The notes under the pieces are model-generated. The model saw only the letters and a program-made list of their open reading frames with translations, searched no databases and was not told the DNA's origin. Shown piece by piece: positions 1 through 14,028 of a DNA stretch of 64,000 nucleotides; position 1 is the stretch's first letter; each line of letters opens with the position of its first letter. The DNA is from Eledone cirrhosa (lineage: Eukaryota): positions 40,052,001 to 40,116,000 of the forward strand of contig OZ024749.1 in NCBI GenBank assembly GCA_964016885.1. The letters are read 5' to 3'. A program made the translations under genes and the position numbers.

Positions 1-1693
<1,693 letters not shown>

Positions 1694-1809
1694 CATGCTG
1701 CTGCTTTCAGTGTAGAGAGAGAATCCCTTCTATATCAGCTGTCGACTGGAGATCACACAAATTCTTACCAACTTCCGACAGTACCGCTCCCTCTATCCCT
1801 GCCTAGCAA

Positions 1810-2180
1810 CATTGCTCTGGTTACCAGGTGACGTCTGCAATCCTTGGACCCACATTTCAACATCTTATCTTACTTTCGATCCATGCTGCCGCCACACCAA
1901 TCAAGGGTCAGCTGTAACCACTCCAATCATAAGGCCAAACTCTTCAAATACGCGTCGCTCTCCGACAGGTTTGCGGTTGTACCCTTGGCAGTGGAGACTT
2001 CTGGTGTCCTCGGCCATAATGGCTACCTCCCTACTCCCTACCACAGGCGCTGAGCTGGCCATCCGCAGGTGTGAGCTTCGCGAGCTGGAATGGCTTTTCC
2101 AGCGCGTTTCCCTTGCTGTCCTCCTGGGAAACGCCTTCTCCATTTTGTCCGCCGGGGCTGTGAGGAGGCCACCAATGTGA
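1810..2180 (+). mobile_element. 3' end of a CRE-clade non-LTR retrotransposon (restriction-like endonuclease C-terminus), frameshifted
   Basis: KAKLFKYASLSDRFAVVPLAVETSGVLG (from 1931) and, in another frame, ELEWLFQRVSLAVLLGNAFSIL (stop 2178-2180). These resemble the CRE K..KY..L...F.P...ETSG and QR.S.A...GNA motifs. Confidence 0.8.
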
Positions 2181-2474
2181 TTGACTGACTTGTCATCTTA
2201 TCAGACAAACAAGTTATAATATTACTAAGATTACTATTGTAAAGCACTACCAAATATATCATATGTTTTCTTTCTTGTTAAGCTTACAATCCTCAGCTTT
2301 TGTCCGTCTTTGAAATATTTCGATCATCCCCATGGTAGATCATTCTCTGCTGTTTCTCTAATTCCTGTAATTACTGTATACTGCTATCTTTCCCCCAAGT
2401 TCAAAGCCGACCAGGTAGAATTGGACTAGCATATAAACAGCTTCCTACATCCGAGAGACACTGACTAACAGACT

Positions 2475-2965
2475 GTTGACTACTGAGGGCCAGACATTTG
2501 TTTTCACTGTTCAGCTAAAGTAATACTGACTGCTGACTGCCGAGGGCCAGAGATTTGTTTTCACTGCTCAGCTAAGATAATACTGCTGAGGGCCAGAGGT
2601 GTGTTTTCACTGCTCAGCTAAGATAATACTGCTGAGCGCCAGAGGTGTGTTTTCACTGCTCAGCTAAGATAATACTGCTGAGGGCCAGAGGTGTGTTTTC
2701 ATTGCTCAGCTAAAGTAACACTGACTGTTTAATGCTGAAGGCCAGAGGTGTGTTTTGATTTCTCAGGTAAGGTAACACTAACTAAAAGACTGTTGTGAGC
2801 CACAAAAGGTTTGTTTTCATTGCTCAGACTGTTGGTTAATGAGGGCCAGAGGTGTGTTTTCATTGCTCAGCTAAGGTAAGACTAAAAGACTGTTGACTGC
2901 TGAGGGCCAGAGATGTGTTTTCACTGCTCAGCTAAAGTAACACTGACTAACTGACTGTTGATTTC
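2475..2965. repeat. Degenerate minisatellite, about 47-60 bp unit (ctgctgagggccagaggtgtgttttcactgctcagctaagataata), about 9 units
   Basis: Repeated gagggccagag...gttttcactgctcagctaa core. Confidence 0.9.
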
Positions 2966-3287
2966 TGAGGAACAAGGTGCGTTATATTTCCGTTTCAATC
3001 TTTGTGCAGCATCTGTGACTTCAGTTTGTTGTGACATCCTTTCAACTAAAAAGGCTGAGAGACATAACTCAAGGCATCCCGTCCGACGCTCTAACAAGCT
3101 CACGAAGTCACTGCTCTGATCTGGTACTTTGTTTAGTAAGCATGAGAGTCAGCTTTGGTATAGGTAAGGTTTGAACTCAGAGAAGAGGGGGCCGTAAAAA
3201 TAGATTCTGCAGGGCATTTAATCCGAGGCTCTAACAGCTCTGCTAATGCACCTTATAAATAAATACACAGATATATATATAAAGTTA

Positions 3288-3457
3288 CCGTATTTCCCGG
3301 CGTCGAAGACCCTACTTTTTTCCTAAAATATGTCTCAAAAATCTACCATGCGTCCTGGAGGCCGAAGGTTGTTTATTATTTTTTTTATCAAATCTTTGGT
3401 TGTAAAAATTAAGGTGCGTCCTTGGGGACGAAGCGTCTTCGGCGCCGGGAAATACCG
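3288..3457. mobile_element. MITE, Tc1/mariner (pogo/Tc2-like)
   Basis: TIRs ccgtatttcccggcgtcgaagac / gtcttcggcgccgggaaataccg, TA on both sides, 170 bp. Confidence 0.8.
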
Positions 3458-3535
3458 TATATAAGTATATATATGTGTGTGTGTGTGTGTGTGTGCGTTT
3501 AATATATATATATATATATATATAATATATATAAT

Positions 3536-3569
<34 letters not shown>

Positions 3570-3801
3570 ATATATATAATATATATATATATATATAATA
3601 TATATATAATATATATATTATATATATATATATATAATATATATATAATATATATATAATATATATATATAATATATATATATATAATATATATATATAA
3701 TATATATATATATAATATATATATATAATATATATATATATAATATATATATATAATATATATATAATATATATATATATAATATATATATATATAATTA
3801 T

Positions 3802-3831
<30 letters not shown>

Positions 3832-3833
<2 letters not shown>

Positions 3834-3932
3834 GGAACCAGTAAGACCCCGACGGCTGAGCTCAAGCCGTTTCGACGGCTAATTCTGGACTGGTTATGGT
3901 CCACCTGGTTCCTTACCACATTTCCTTCGTTA
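3832..3932 (+). mobile_element. Family A short PLE-like element (inverted head + truncated tail) in (TA)n
   Basis: Head aggaaccagtaagaccccgacggctgagctcaagccgtttcgacggc and tail ggtccacctggttccttaccacatttccttcgtt are shared with about 10 other copies in the window. Confidence 0.75.
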
Positions 3933-4017
3933 TATATATATATATATTTATATATATAATATTTATATATATAATATATATATATATAATATATATATAT
4001 ATAATATATATATAATA

Positions 4018-4641
4018 TGCACCGAAGTGAGATATATGATTTTTAATGCAATGAAATATCTATGATCTTCGGCAAATCACTGATGAGGGACTTATTTTAT
4101 TACATGTTATCCATGTGCTACCTGCAGTATTTTTCTCTATATTTTAATACATATATTTACCACTGCGATTCTGTGTTTTTTTTCTCTCTCTCTTACTGTT
4201 CCCCCATTCTCTCTGTTTCTCCCCCTCTGTCTTGTCCGTTAACTCTTCCTCACACTTTCACTCACTCACTGTTTTTCTCCCTCTTCTCTTCATTTCATCC
4301 TGCACTCACGAACGCTATATTTTTCTCTCTCTGCTCATAGCCCTCGTTCGTGTAGGTTCTATTCTCTAAGCGCTCATATATTCACCTAGCTTATGCTAAA
4401 CAGAATAATTTTTGAAGCTTGTTTCTATCCCCTACGGTATGCTATACTTTCGGTTGTTCTCCTGTCTCACTCGCTTTACGCGTTTTAATTGTCCTAATAA
4501 CTTATTTTGGTTATTATTGCACCGAAGTGAGATATATGATTTTTAATGCAATGAAATATCTATGATCTTCGGCAAATCACTGATGAGGGACTTATTTTAT
4601 TACATGTTATCCATGTGCTACCTGCAGTATTTTTCTCTATA

Positions 4642-4649
<8 letters not shown>
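4018..4649 (+). mobile_element. Family E element: 632 bp with identical 132-bp terminal direct repeats (pseudo-LTR/retrozyme-like)
   Basis: 4018-4149 = 4518-4649 (offset exactly 500), flanked by (TA)n. Each repeat contains CTGATGA and a structured hairpin. Homologues at 30141-30243 and 50335-50545. Confidence 0.8.
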
Positions 4650-4728
<79 letters not shown>

Positions 4729-4755
4729 TATATATAATATATATATATATAATAT

Positions 4756-4859
<104 letters not shown>

Positions 4860-4960
4860 CACTCACAGACTATAAAATGAATACCCATCTCACCAGCGCC
4901 CTCCCTCTCCGCCTCCGTTAACCATAATTGTAATGAGTGGAGATAAAAGAGTAACCTACC

Positions 4961-5021
4961 GGAAGTTGGCCTGTACGGGACAGGAAGTTGGCCTGTATGG
5001 GACAGGAAGTTGGCCTGTATG
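4961..5021. repeat. 22-bp tandem repeat x about 3 (ggaagttggcctgtatgggaca)
   Basis: Directly visible. Confidence 0.9.
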
Positions 5022-5244
5022 AAAGGTCTGGGGGATTAATATCAAACATGTCTAACTTTTGAGACGATCAGGAATTAGGAAATAGTAATAGAAATTAGTA
5101 AATCACTGGGCTAAGGTGGTTGTGGTGTAGAGGGGTGGTAGTGGAGGGTGTAGTGGGGGTGGTAGTGGAGGGTGTAGTGGGGTGGAGGGTGGATAAAGGG
5201 CGCGTGCCCTGTCAAGGTGACGAGGGGACTAAATTGGGGAAAGG

Positions 5245-6985
5245 TGTCATGGTGGTAGTGGTTTTTGTGGTTGAGCTTGTTATGGTGGTAGTGGTGGTGT
5301 TGGTGTTGTTGATGGTGGTGGTGGTGATGGTGGTGGTGGTGGTGGTGGTGATGGTTGTGGTAGTGGTTGTTGTGGTTGAGCTTGTTATGGTGGTAGTGGT
5401 GGTGTTGGTGTTGATGATGGTGGTGGTGGTGGTGATGGTGGTGGTGGTGGTGGTGATGGTTGTGGTAGTGGTTTTTGTGGTTGAGCTTGTTATGGTGGTA
5501 GTGGTGGTGTTGGTGTTGTTGATGGTGGTGGTGGTGATGGTGGTGGTGGTGGTGGTGATGGTTGTGGTAGTGGTTGTTGTGGTTGAGCTTGTTATGGTGG
5601 TAGTGGTGGTGTTGGTGTTGTTGATGGTGGTGGTGGTGATGGTGGTGGTGGTGGTGGTGATGGTTGTGGTAGTGGTTGTTGTGGTTGAGCTTGTTATGGT
5701 GGTGATGGTGTTGGTGGTGGTGGTGGTGGTGGTGGTGATGGTGATGGTGGTGGTGGTGGTGATGGTTGTGGTAGTGTTTGTTGTGGTTGAGCTTGTTATG
5801 GTGGTGATGGTGTTGGTGGTGGTGGTGGTGGTGATGATGATGGTTGTGGTAGTGGCTGTTGTGGTTGAGCTTGTTATGGTGGTGGTAGTGGTGGTAGTGA
5901 TGTTGGCAGTGGTGGTGGTGGTGGTCATGATGGTTGTGGTGGTGGTGGTTGTGATAGTGGTGGTAATGATTGTTGGTAGTGATGGTGGTGGTTGTTATAG
6001 TGGTGGTGGTTGTGGCGGTGGTGGTAGTGGTGGTGATGTTGTGGTGGTGGTTGTTGTGATGGTAGTGATTGTTATGGTGGTGGTTGTTGTGGTAGCGGTG
6101 GTAGTGTGGGTAGGTAGTGGTGGTGGCGCAGGCAGTGGTGGTGGTGTTGGCTGTGGTGGTGGTTGTTGTGATGGTAGTGGTTGTTATGGTGGTGGTGTTG
6201 GTTGTAGTGGTGGTTGTTGTGATGGTAGTGGTTGTTATGGTGGTAGTGTTGGCTGTGGTGGTGGTGGTGGTTGTGATGGTAGTGGTTGTTATGGTGGTGG
6301 TGTTGGTTGTAGTGGTGGTTGTTGTGATGGTAGTGGTTGTTATGGTGGTGGTGTTGGTTGTAGTGGTGGTTGTTGTGATGGTAGTGGTTGTTATGGTGGT
6401 AGTGTTGGCTGTGGTGGTGGTGGTGGTTGTGATGGTAGTGGTTGTTATGGTGGTGGTGTTGGTTGTAGTGGTGGTTGTTGTGATGGTAGTGGTTGTTATG
6501 GTGGTGGTGTTGGTTGTAGTGGTGGTTGTTGTGATGGTAGTGGTTGTTATGGTGGTAGTGTTGGCTGTGGTGGTGGTGGTGGTTGTGATGGTAGTGGTTG
6601 TTATGGTGGTGGTGTTGGTTGTAGTGGTGGTTGTTGTGATGGTAGTGGTTGTTATGGTGGTAGTGTTGGCTGTGGTAGTGGTTGTTGTGATGGTAGTGGT
6701 TGTTATGGTGGTGGTGGTGTTGGTTGTGGTGGTGGTTGTTGTGATGGTAGTGGTTGTTATGGTGGTGGTGTTGGTTGTAGTGGTGGTTGTTATGGTGGTG
6801 GTGTTGGTTGTAGTGGTGGTTGTTGTGATGGTAGTGGTTATTATGGTGGTGGCTGTTGTGGTAGTGGTGGCAGTGTGGGTAGGCAGTGGTGGTGGTGAGG
6901 GTAGGTAGTGGTGGCAGTGTGGGTAGGTAGTGGTGGCAGTGGTGGTGGTGAGGGTAGTGGTGATGGAGGTGAAGGTGGTAGGTGA
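5245..6985. repeat. (GGT/GTT/GAT)n-derived minisatellite with higher-order blocks
   Basis: Recurrent blocks gttgagcttgttatg and gatggtagtggttgttatggtgg; open in several frames. Confidence 0.93.
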
Positions 6986-7219
6986 AACAAAATAATATAT
7001 TTGACCTACTAACTCGCAATACTTGGACTTACTTTTCTTTTATCTAAAGGTTTAATTAGTTTAGCAATTTAGATGTGATGTGGCTTGGTTAAGGCATGGC
7101 TGATTCATGTTCATGTACACATATATGTGTGTGTGTGTGTATGTGTGTGTAGATGTGTGGGGGGGGGGTCTAAAAGGTAAACAGAAATAATAAAAATAAC
7201 AATAAAAAAACACTACAGT

Positions 7220-7372
7220 ACATGGAAGGAATATATTAGTTTAACGTTTGAAATAGCAGGAAGAGACACTTATCGTTTCGGACGCTAGTCCTTCATCAGA
7301 AGAAAAAATGGGATATTAAATACGAGATAGAAAGATTGAGAACACGAGCAGAGCAGAAAAATATCAGGTCCA
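7220..7372 (-). mobile_element. Family F PLE pseudo-LTR fragment
   Basis: Homologous to 61345-61570 (aatatattagttt...gtttcggacg.tagtccttcatcag...atagaaagat). Confidence 0.7.
7268..7303 (-). ncRNA. Minimal hammerhead-like motif (PLE type)
   Basis: Minus strand CUGAUGA-A-GGAC-uagc-GUCC-GAAAC-GAUA; stem I/III are weak. Confidence 0.6.
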
Positions 7373-7419
7373 TATATATATATAGAGATAGATAGATAGA
7401 TAGATAAATAGATATATAT

Positions 7420-7790
7420 GTTTCTTTATTAGCCACAGGGGCACAAAAGAAGGGGACAATTACAAAGGGGGGAGTTTACATACAATAAAAACGTGTAAAA
7501 TATTATCACAATTGTAAATTAAAAGTTAATCGATTTTCCCCAATAGGGGGAGACAGTTCGTATGGGTAGCACATACGCCCGAAAAAATGTGCAACCCTCA
7601 TCGCCAGGAATACGAAGAGTTTGTACCCCTTTCCTCTCTTCCTCTTTTTCCTCAACCTACAGGCTGATATAGAGAGAAGGCCCATTCACTCGGGCCATAC
7701 TCGCCACTTTCACCCACCTTTCATAAAACTTGCTGGGGTACAGCACCTTTCTCTCCATCCTGACTCTTCTTCCAAAGCGGTATTTGAAAA
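7420..7790 (-). mobile_element. 3' end of an L1/Tx1-like LINE (ORF2 C-terminus + 3' UTR + AATAAA)
   Basis: Minus strand [43 protein letters not shown] (stop 7657-7659), then a 3' UTR ending tgtggctAATAAAgaaac (7425-7430). Embedded in (GATA)n. Clade assignment is from recalled resemblance. Confidence 0.55.
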
Positions 7791-7803
7791 AAAGATAGAT
7801 ATT

Positions 7804-7851
<48 letters not shown>

Positions 7852-7872
7852 CAGATAGATAGATAGATAGAC

Positions 7873-7936
<64 letters not shown>

Positions 7937-7988
7937 GATCCCGCTTAGAGTTAAAGCAGAAATTGTTTGCTTAAACTTTTAATCTGTA
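7937..7988 (+). mobile_element. Family C fragment (diverged)
   Basis: gatcccgcttagagttaaagcag...tttgcttaaacttttaatctgt resembles 46601-46650. Confidence 0.55.
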
Positions 7989-7991
7989 CTA

Positions 7992-8069
<78 letters not shown>

Positions 8070-8445
8070 ATACAAGTATAAGTACACCCACACACGTATA
8101 TATACATATAAATTGGTGTTAAGTTTCGTCTTGACCTGTCAATTGTTTATAGTCAATAGAAACGGCAAAGTTAAGTATTAAGAAGTACATAAGAGGTTAA
8201 TTAAACGTTAAGTCATTAAATAAAATAATATTAAGACCTAATTACTGACCTAATTGTCTACCTATAACACATATGATTGTATAGCAGACTGGCAGACTGG
8301 CAGACAGACAGACAGACTGATAGACAGACTGTTTGACAGGCAGGCAGAAAGAAAGAAAGGCAAGCTGACAGATGGATAATTATACGTTAGTTGACAGATT
8401 AGACGACTTGTTGACAGATTTAACAAAATTGCAATAATGAATAAC

Positions 8446-9008
8446 TGTTTCTACTTTTGGCACAAGGCCAGCAATTACCCAGTGCATTACTGGTACTTTA
8501 TTTTATCGACCCCGTAAGGATGAAAGGCAAAGTCAACCTCGGCGGTATTTGAACTCAGATCGTAAAGGGACGTAACTCTATGCTTCAAAGCATGGCGTCC
8601 GACTCTCTACCGATACTGCCAATCCACCGAATAATTGTTTCTACTTTAGGCACAAGGCCAGCAATTTTCCCAGTGCATTACTGGTACTTTATTTTATCGA
8701 CCCCGTAAGGATGAAAGGCAAAGTCAACCTCGGCGGGATTTGAACTCAGATCGTAAAGGGACGTAACTCTATGCTTCAAAGCATGGCGTCCGACTCTCTA
8801 CCGATACTGCCAATCCACCGAATAACTGTTTCTACTTTAGGCACAAGGCCAGCAATTATCCCAGTGCATTACTGGTACTTTATTTTATCGACCCCGTAAG
8901 GATGAAAGGCAAAGTCAACCTCGGCGGGATTTGAACTCAGATCGTAAAGGGACGTAACTATGCTGGAAAGCATGGCGTCCGACCCTCTACCGATACTGCC
9001 AATCCACC
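8446..9008 (-). mobile_element. Tandem trimer of tRNA-headed SINE (SINE1, about 190-bp unit)
   Basis: Each unit has A-box-like TGGCAGTATCGG, B-box GAGTTCAAAT, central gcctttcatccttacggggtcgataaaataaagtacc and tail gccttgtgcc..gtagaaac. Flanking repeat gcaataatgaataac at 8431-8445 and 9009-9023. Confidence 0.9.
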
Positions 9009-9072
9009 GCAATAATGAATAACGACTAGTCATTCTGTTTAGGTGATGTGTGTGGATGTGGCTGGATACACG

Positions 9073-9112
<40 letters not shown>

Positions 9113-9240
9113 TACATATGTGCAGGCACACGCGCAGACATACATACACACATACACGCACACGGTCACACGTACATACACACAGTCACACGCACACACA
9201 CAAACACACAGACATGCTACACACACACACACATATATAC

Positions 9241-9327
<87 letters not shown>

Positions 9328-9348
9328 TGTGTGTGTGTGTGTGTGTAT

Positions 9349-9540
9349 TTAATATAGAAATGGCTTCTACAGGACTAGAACCGTTTCATTCGAAGGAAAT
9401 CATCAGGGCTCTCCTGATGATTTCCTTCGAATGAAACAGTTCTAGCCCTGTAGAAGCCATTTCTATATTAAGCATTTAAAAGTTGGTATGCATTGAGTAC
9501 CTTACTTAGTGTGACTGCCCCCTATTGAACCCGGGATAGA
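9349..9540 (+). mobile_element. Family B PLE-like element: 59-bp fold-back palindrome with HHR-like core + tail
   Basis: Arms 9349-9407 and 9413-9471 (2 mismatches); CTGATGA-T-TTC-cttc-GAA-T-GAAAC; tail cattgagtaccttactt...gaacccgggata. Confidence 0.8.
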
Positions 9541-9542
9541 CA

Positions 9543-9605
<63 letters not shown>

Positions 9606-9744
9606 ATATATATAAAGAGAGAGAGAGATTCACAAATATATACCTTGGAAATACGAATAACGTTCGCCTATAAATTGAAATAAAGTAGAACCTCGTCTTC
9701 ATATTTATTAATATATAGATATGTGTGTGTGTGTGTGTATGTGT

Positions 9745-9802
<58 letters not shown>

Positions 9803-10220
9803 TAACAATTTGACTTATTTTTGCATTAACAAACTATTTCGTGACCGTAAATATGTCCACATCCAAGTAAGTACAGCTGAAAGAGTTGGACATATTTACT
9901 ACAACAGCAACATGAAAAACAACAAGCATACCAACAAAATCAACAACAGTAACAACAACAGTAACAACAGCAGCAACAATAACAACAACGGTAAAAGCAA
10001 TAAAAACGACAGCAGAAACCAATATAGAAAATATGTATAGAAATAAGAAACTGGTGACTGGGTAATTAAAAAAAATAATAAATATATTTCCTCTGTGGAA
10101 TTGCTTCCAGGTTTCTTGGCTCAAAATCCAAAATATATATATACACACACACATATATATGTGCGTGTGTGTGTGTGTGTTTATATACTATATATTATAT
10201 AAGATATATATATATATATA

Positions 10221-10255
<35 letters not shown>

Positions 10256-10294
10256 TATATATATATAACATATATATATATATATATAGAATAT

Positions 10295-10478
10295 AAGTTT
10301 TAATATAGATGAGATTCTACAGGACTAGAACTGTTTCATTCTTTAGAAATCATCAGGAATCGTTCTAAAGAATGAAACAGTTCTAGTCCTGTAGAATCTC
10401 ATCTATATTAAAACTTTTATACTCTGCTATGTATTGAGTACCTTACTTACTGTGGTTACCTCCGATTCAACCCGGAAT
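10295..10478 (+). mobile_element. Family B element with inverted arm
   Basis: Inverted repeat around aatcg; HHR core complete on the minus arm (CTGATGA-T-TTC-taaa-GAA-T-GAAAC); same tail; in (TA)n. Confidence 0.8.
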
Positions 10479-10501
10479 AACGTATATATAATATATATAT
10501 A

Positions 10502-10690
<189 letters not shown>

Positions 10691-11016
10691 TTTCATATAT
10701 ACATATATACATATATACATTTTTTCATATATATACATATATACATATATACATGACTACATACATACATAACAAATGAATAAATAAATAGCATAACATA
10801 GATATATATAACATAAATAAACACCATAATATATAAAACATTCAGAATATGGTGGTTAACAGCAGGTTTAATGGCGGGAGTTCGGGAAACGAAATATACT
10901 GACATTTTAAAACATGGCGGTGAGCAAACAGCTAGGGAAATCCTATCTTTGGAAAGTTAGATATAGTGCTGTAAAGTGGTGTGTGTACTGTGTGCTGCAT
11001 GTGTACGTACTGTTTG

Positions 11017-11114
<98 letters not shown>

Positions 11115-11257
11115 GTGAGTGAAAAGGTGTTTGTGTGTTAGAGAGTATGCATATTTGTGTCTATCTGACTGACTGTCTCTCTCTTTTCTCTCTCATCTCT
11201 CTCTATATATATATGTGTGTGTGTGTTTGTACGCGCATATATGTGTATGTATATCTA

Positions 11258-11342
<85 letters not shown>

Positions 11343-11344
11343 AA

Positions 11345-11470
11345 AGAGTCAGGACCCCGACGGCTGAGCTCCAGCCGTTTCGACAGCTAGATCTGAACAC
11401 TCTACTACCCTAAGTATCGAGTACTCTGGTGCGTTATGATCCACCTGGTTTCTTACCACACTTTCTTTGT

Positions 11471-11472
<2 letters not shown>
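11345..11472 (+). mobile_element. Family A element (inverted head + tail)
   Basis: gagtcaggaccccgacggctgagctc... followed by cactctactaccctaagtatcgagtac... Confidence 0.75.
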
Positions 11473-11517
<45 letters not shown>

Positions 11518-11565
11518 GTGTGAGAGAGTGTGTGTGTGAAAGAGAGCAAGATGGGGGGGGGGGGA

Positions 11566-11703
11566 ATATCCCGGGTTCAATCGGGGTTAACCACAGGAAG
11601 TAAGGTACCCAATACATAGTCGAGTATATACAAGATTTCATATAGAAACGGCTTCTACAGGACTAGAACTGTTTCATCCGAGGGAAATCATCAGGAAAGC
11701 CCA
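11566..11703 (-). mobile_element. Family B element, minus strand, no inverted arm
   Basis: Minus strand gggctttcCTGATGA-T-TTC-cctc-GGA-T-GAAACagttctagtcc...tattgggtaccttacttcc. Confidence 0.75.
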
Positions 11704-11867
11704 TATATATTATATATTTATCTATGAAGAATGGTGTGCTCATCCGCAGAGATGCTATAAAATAGTTTATAAAATCGGATGAAGACCCTTAAAGACGGGA
11801 AAAGAAGTTGCCGTCGGCCGCTGCGAGGAATCGAGCCCTGTATCGCCCAGATAGCGGCTAGTGTTAG

Positions 11868-13666
11868 TGCACAGGCACACGCACATACACACACATACGC
11901 ACAGGCACACACGCACATACACACACATACGCACAGGCAGACACGTACATACACACACATACGCACAGGCAGACACGCACATACACACACATACGCACAA
12001 GCACACACGCACATACACACACATACGCATAGGCACACACGTACATACACACACATACGCACAGGCACACACGCACATACACACACATACGCACAGGCAC
12101 ACACGCACATACACACACATACGCATAGGCACACACGCACATACGCACAGGCACACACGTACATACACACACATACGCACAGGCACACACGCACATACGC
12201 ACATACACACATACGCACATACACACACATACGCACAGGCACACACGCACATACGCACAGGCACACACATACGCACAGGCACACACGCACATGCACACAT
12301 ACGCATAGGCACACACGTACATACACACACATACGCACAGGCACACACGCACATACACACACATACGCACAGGCACACACGCACATACACACACATACGC
12401 ATAGGCACACACGCACATACGCACAGGCACACACGTACATACACACACATACGCACAGGCACACACGCACATACACACACATACGCACATACACACACAT
12501 ACGCACAGGCACACACGCACATACGCACAGGCACACACATACGCACAGGCACACACGCACATGCACACACATACGCACAGGCACACACGCACATGCACAC
12601 ACATACGCACAGGCACACACGCACATGCACACACATACGCACAGGCACACACGCACATGCACACACATACGCACAGGCACACACGTACATACACACACAT
12701 ACGCACAGGCACACACGCACATGCACACACATACGCACAGGCACACACGCACATACGCACAGGCACACACGTACATACACACACATACGCACAGGCACAC
12801 ACGTACATACACACACATACGCACAGGCACACACGTACATACACACACATACTCACAGGCACACACGCACATGCACACACATACGCACAGGCACACACGT
12901 ACATACACACACATACGCACAGGCACACACGCACATGCACACACATACGCACAGGCACACACGCACATACGCACAGGCACACACGTACATACACACACAT
13001 ACGCACAGGCACACACGTACATACACACACATACGCACAGGCACACACGCACATGCACACACATACGCACAGGCACACACGTACATACACACACATACGC
13101 ACAGGCACACACGCACATACGCACAGGCACACACGTACATACACACACATACGCACAGGCACACACGCACATGCACACACATACGCACAGGCACACACGC
13201 ACATACACACACATACGGACAGGCACACACGCACATGCACACACATACGCACAGGCACACACGCACATACACACACACATACGCACAGGCACACACGCAC
13301 ATACGCACAGGCACACACGTACATACACACACATACGCACAGGCACACACGCACATGCACACACATACGCACAGGCACACACGCACATACACACACATAC
13401 GCATATGCACACACATACGCACAGGCACACACGCACATACGCACAGGCACACACGTACATACACACACATACGCACAGGCACACACGCACATACACACAC
13501 ATACGCATATGCACACACATACGCACAGGCACACACGCACATACACACACATACGCACAGGCACACACGCACATGTACACACATACGCACAGGCACACAC
13601 GCACATACACACACATACGCACAGGCACACACGCACATTCACACACATACGCACACACACACACAT
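11868..13666. repeat. 32-bp (CA)-derived minisatellite (gcacaggcacacacgcacatacacacacatac)
   Basis: About 1.8 kb of units punctuated by caggca; source of the 600-aa HT/CV ORFs. Confidence 0.95.
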
Positions 13667-13995
13667 GCAGACATTACTATTGTAACGACTGTAGTTATTG
13701 TTTAACCCTAGGTCAAACCCTCTCAAGCTAATCTATGATCATAAACATTCTTTTTCTTCGTATATGTGTCTCTATGTGTTTGTGTGTGTGTGGTGTGCGT
13801 ATTTACGAATGAATGCATTCATGTGTGTGTGTGTGTGTGTACGAGTTTACGAATGAATGTTTGTGTGTGAGTGAATGTGTGTGTTCGTCTATGCGAGGAT
13901 GTATGTATGTGAGTGTATCTACGAATTTACGAATGAATGCGTTTGTCTATAGGCACGTGTGTCTGTATATATGTATGTGTGCATGTATGTATGTA

Positions 13996-14028
<33 letters not shown>

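Noticed and set aside
4027-4066. SECIS interpretation of the family E hairpin (UGA...AA...UGAU)
   Set aside because: The bulge lies on the 3' strand and the lower helix abuts the GA pairs, the reverse of SECIS geometry; the upper helix is too short. A box C/D-type k-turn fits better.
5120-6898. 592-aa Val then Gly/Cys-rich ORF resembling keratin-associated or structural proteins
   Set aside because: Built from (GGT)-type triplet repeats that are open in several frames on both strands; no non-repetitive coding part or splice context.
11718-13731. 600-650-aa His/Thr or Cys/Val ORFs
   Set aside because: Translation of the 32-bp CA minisatellite.
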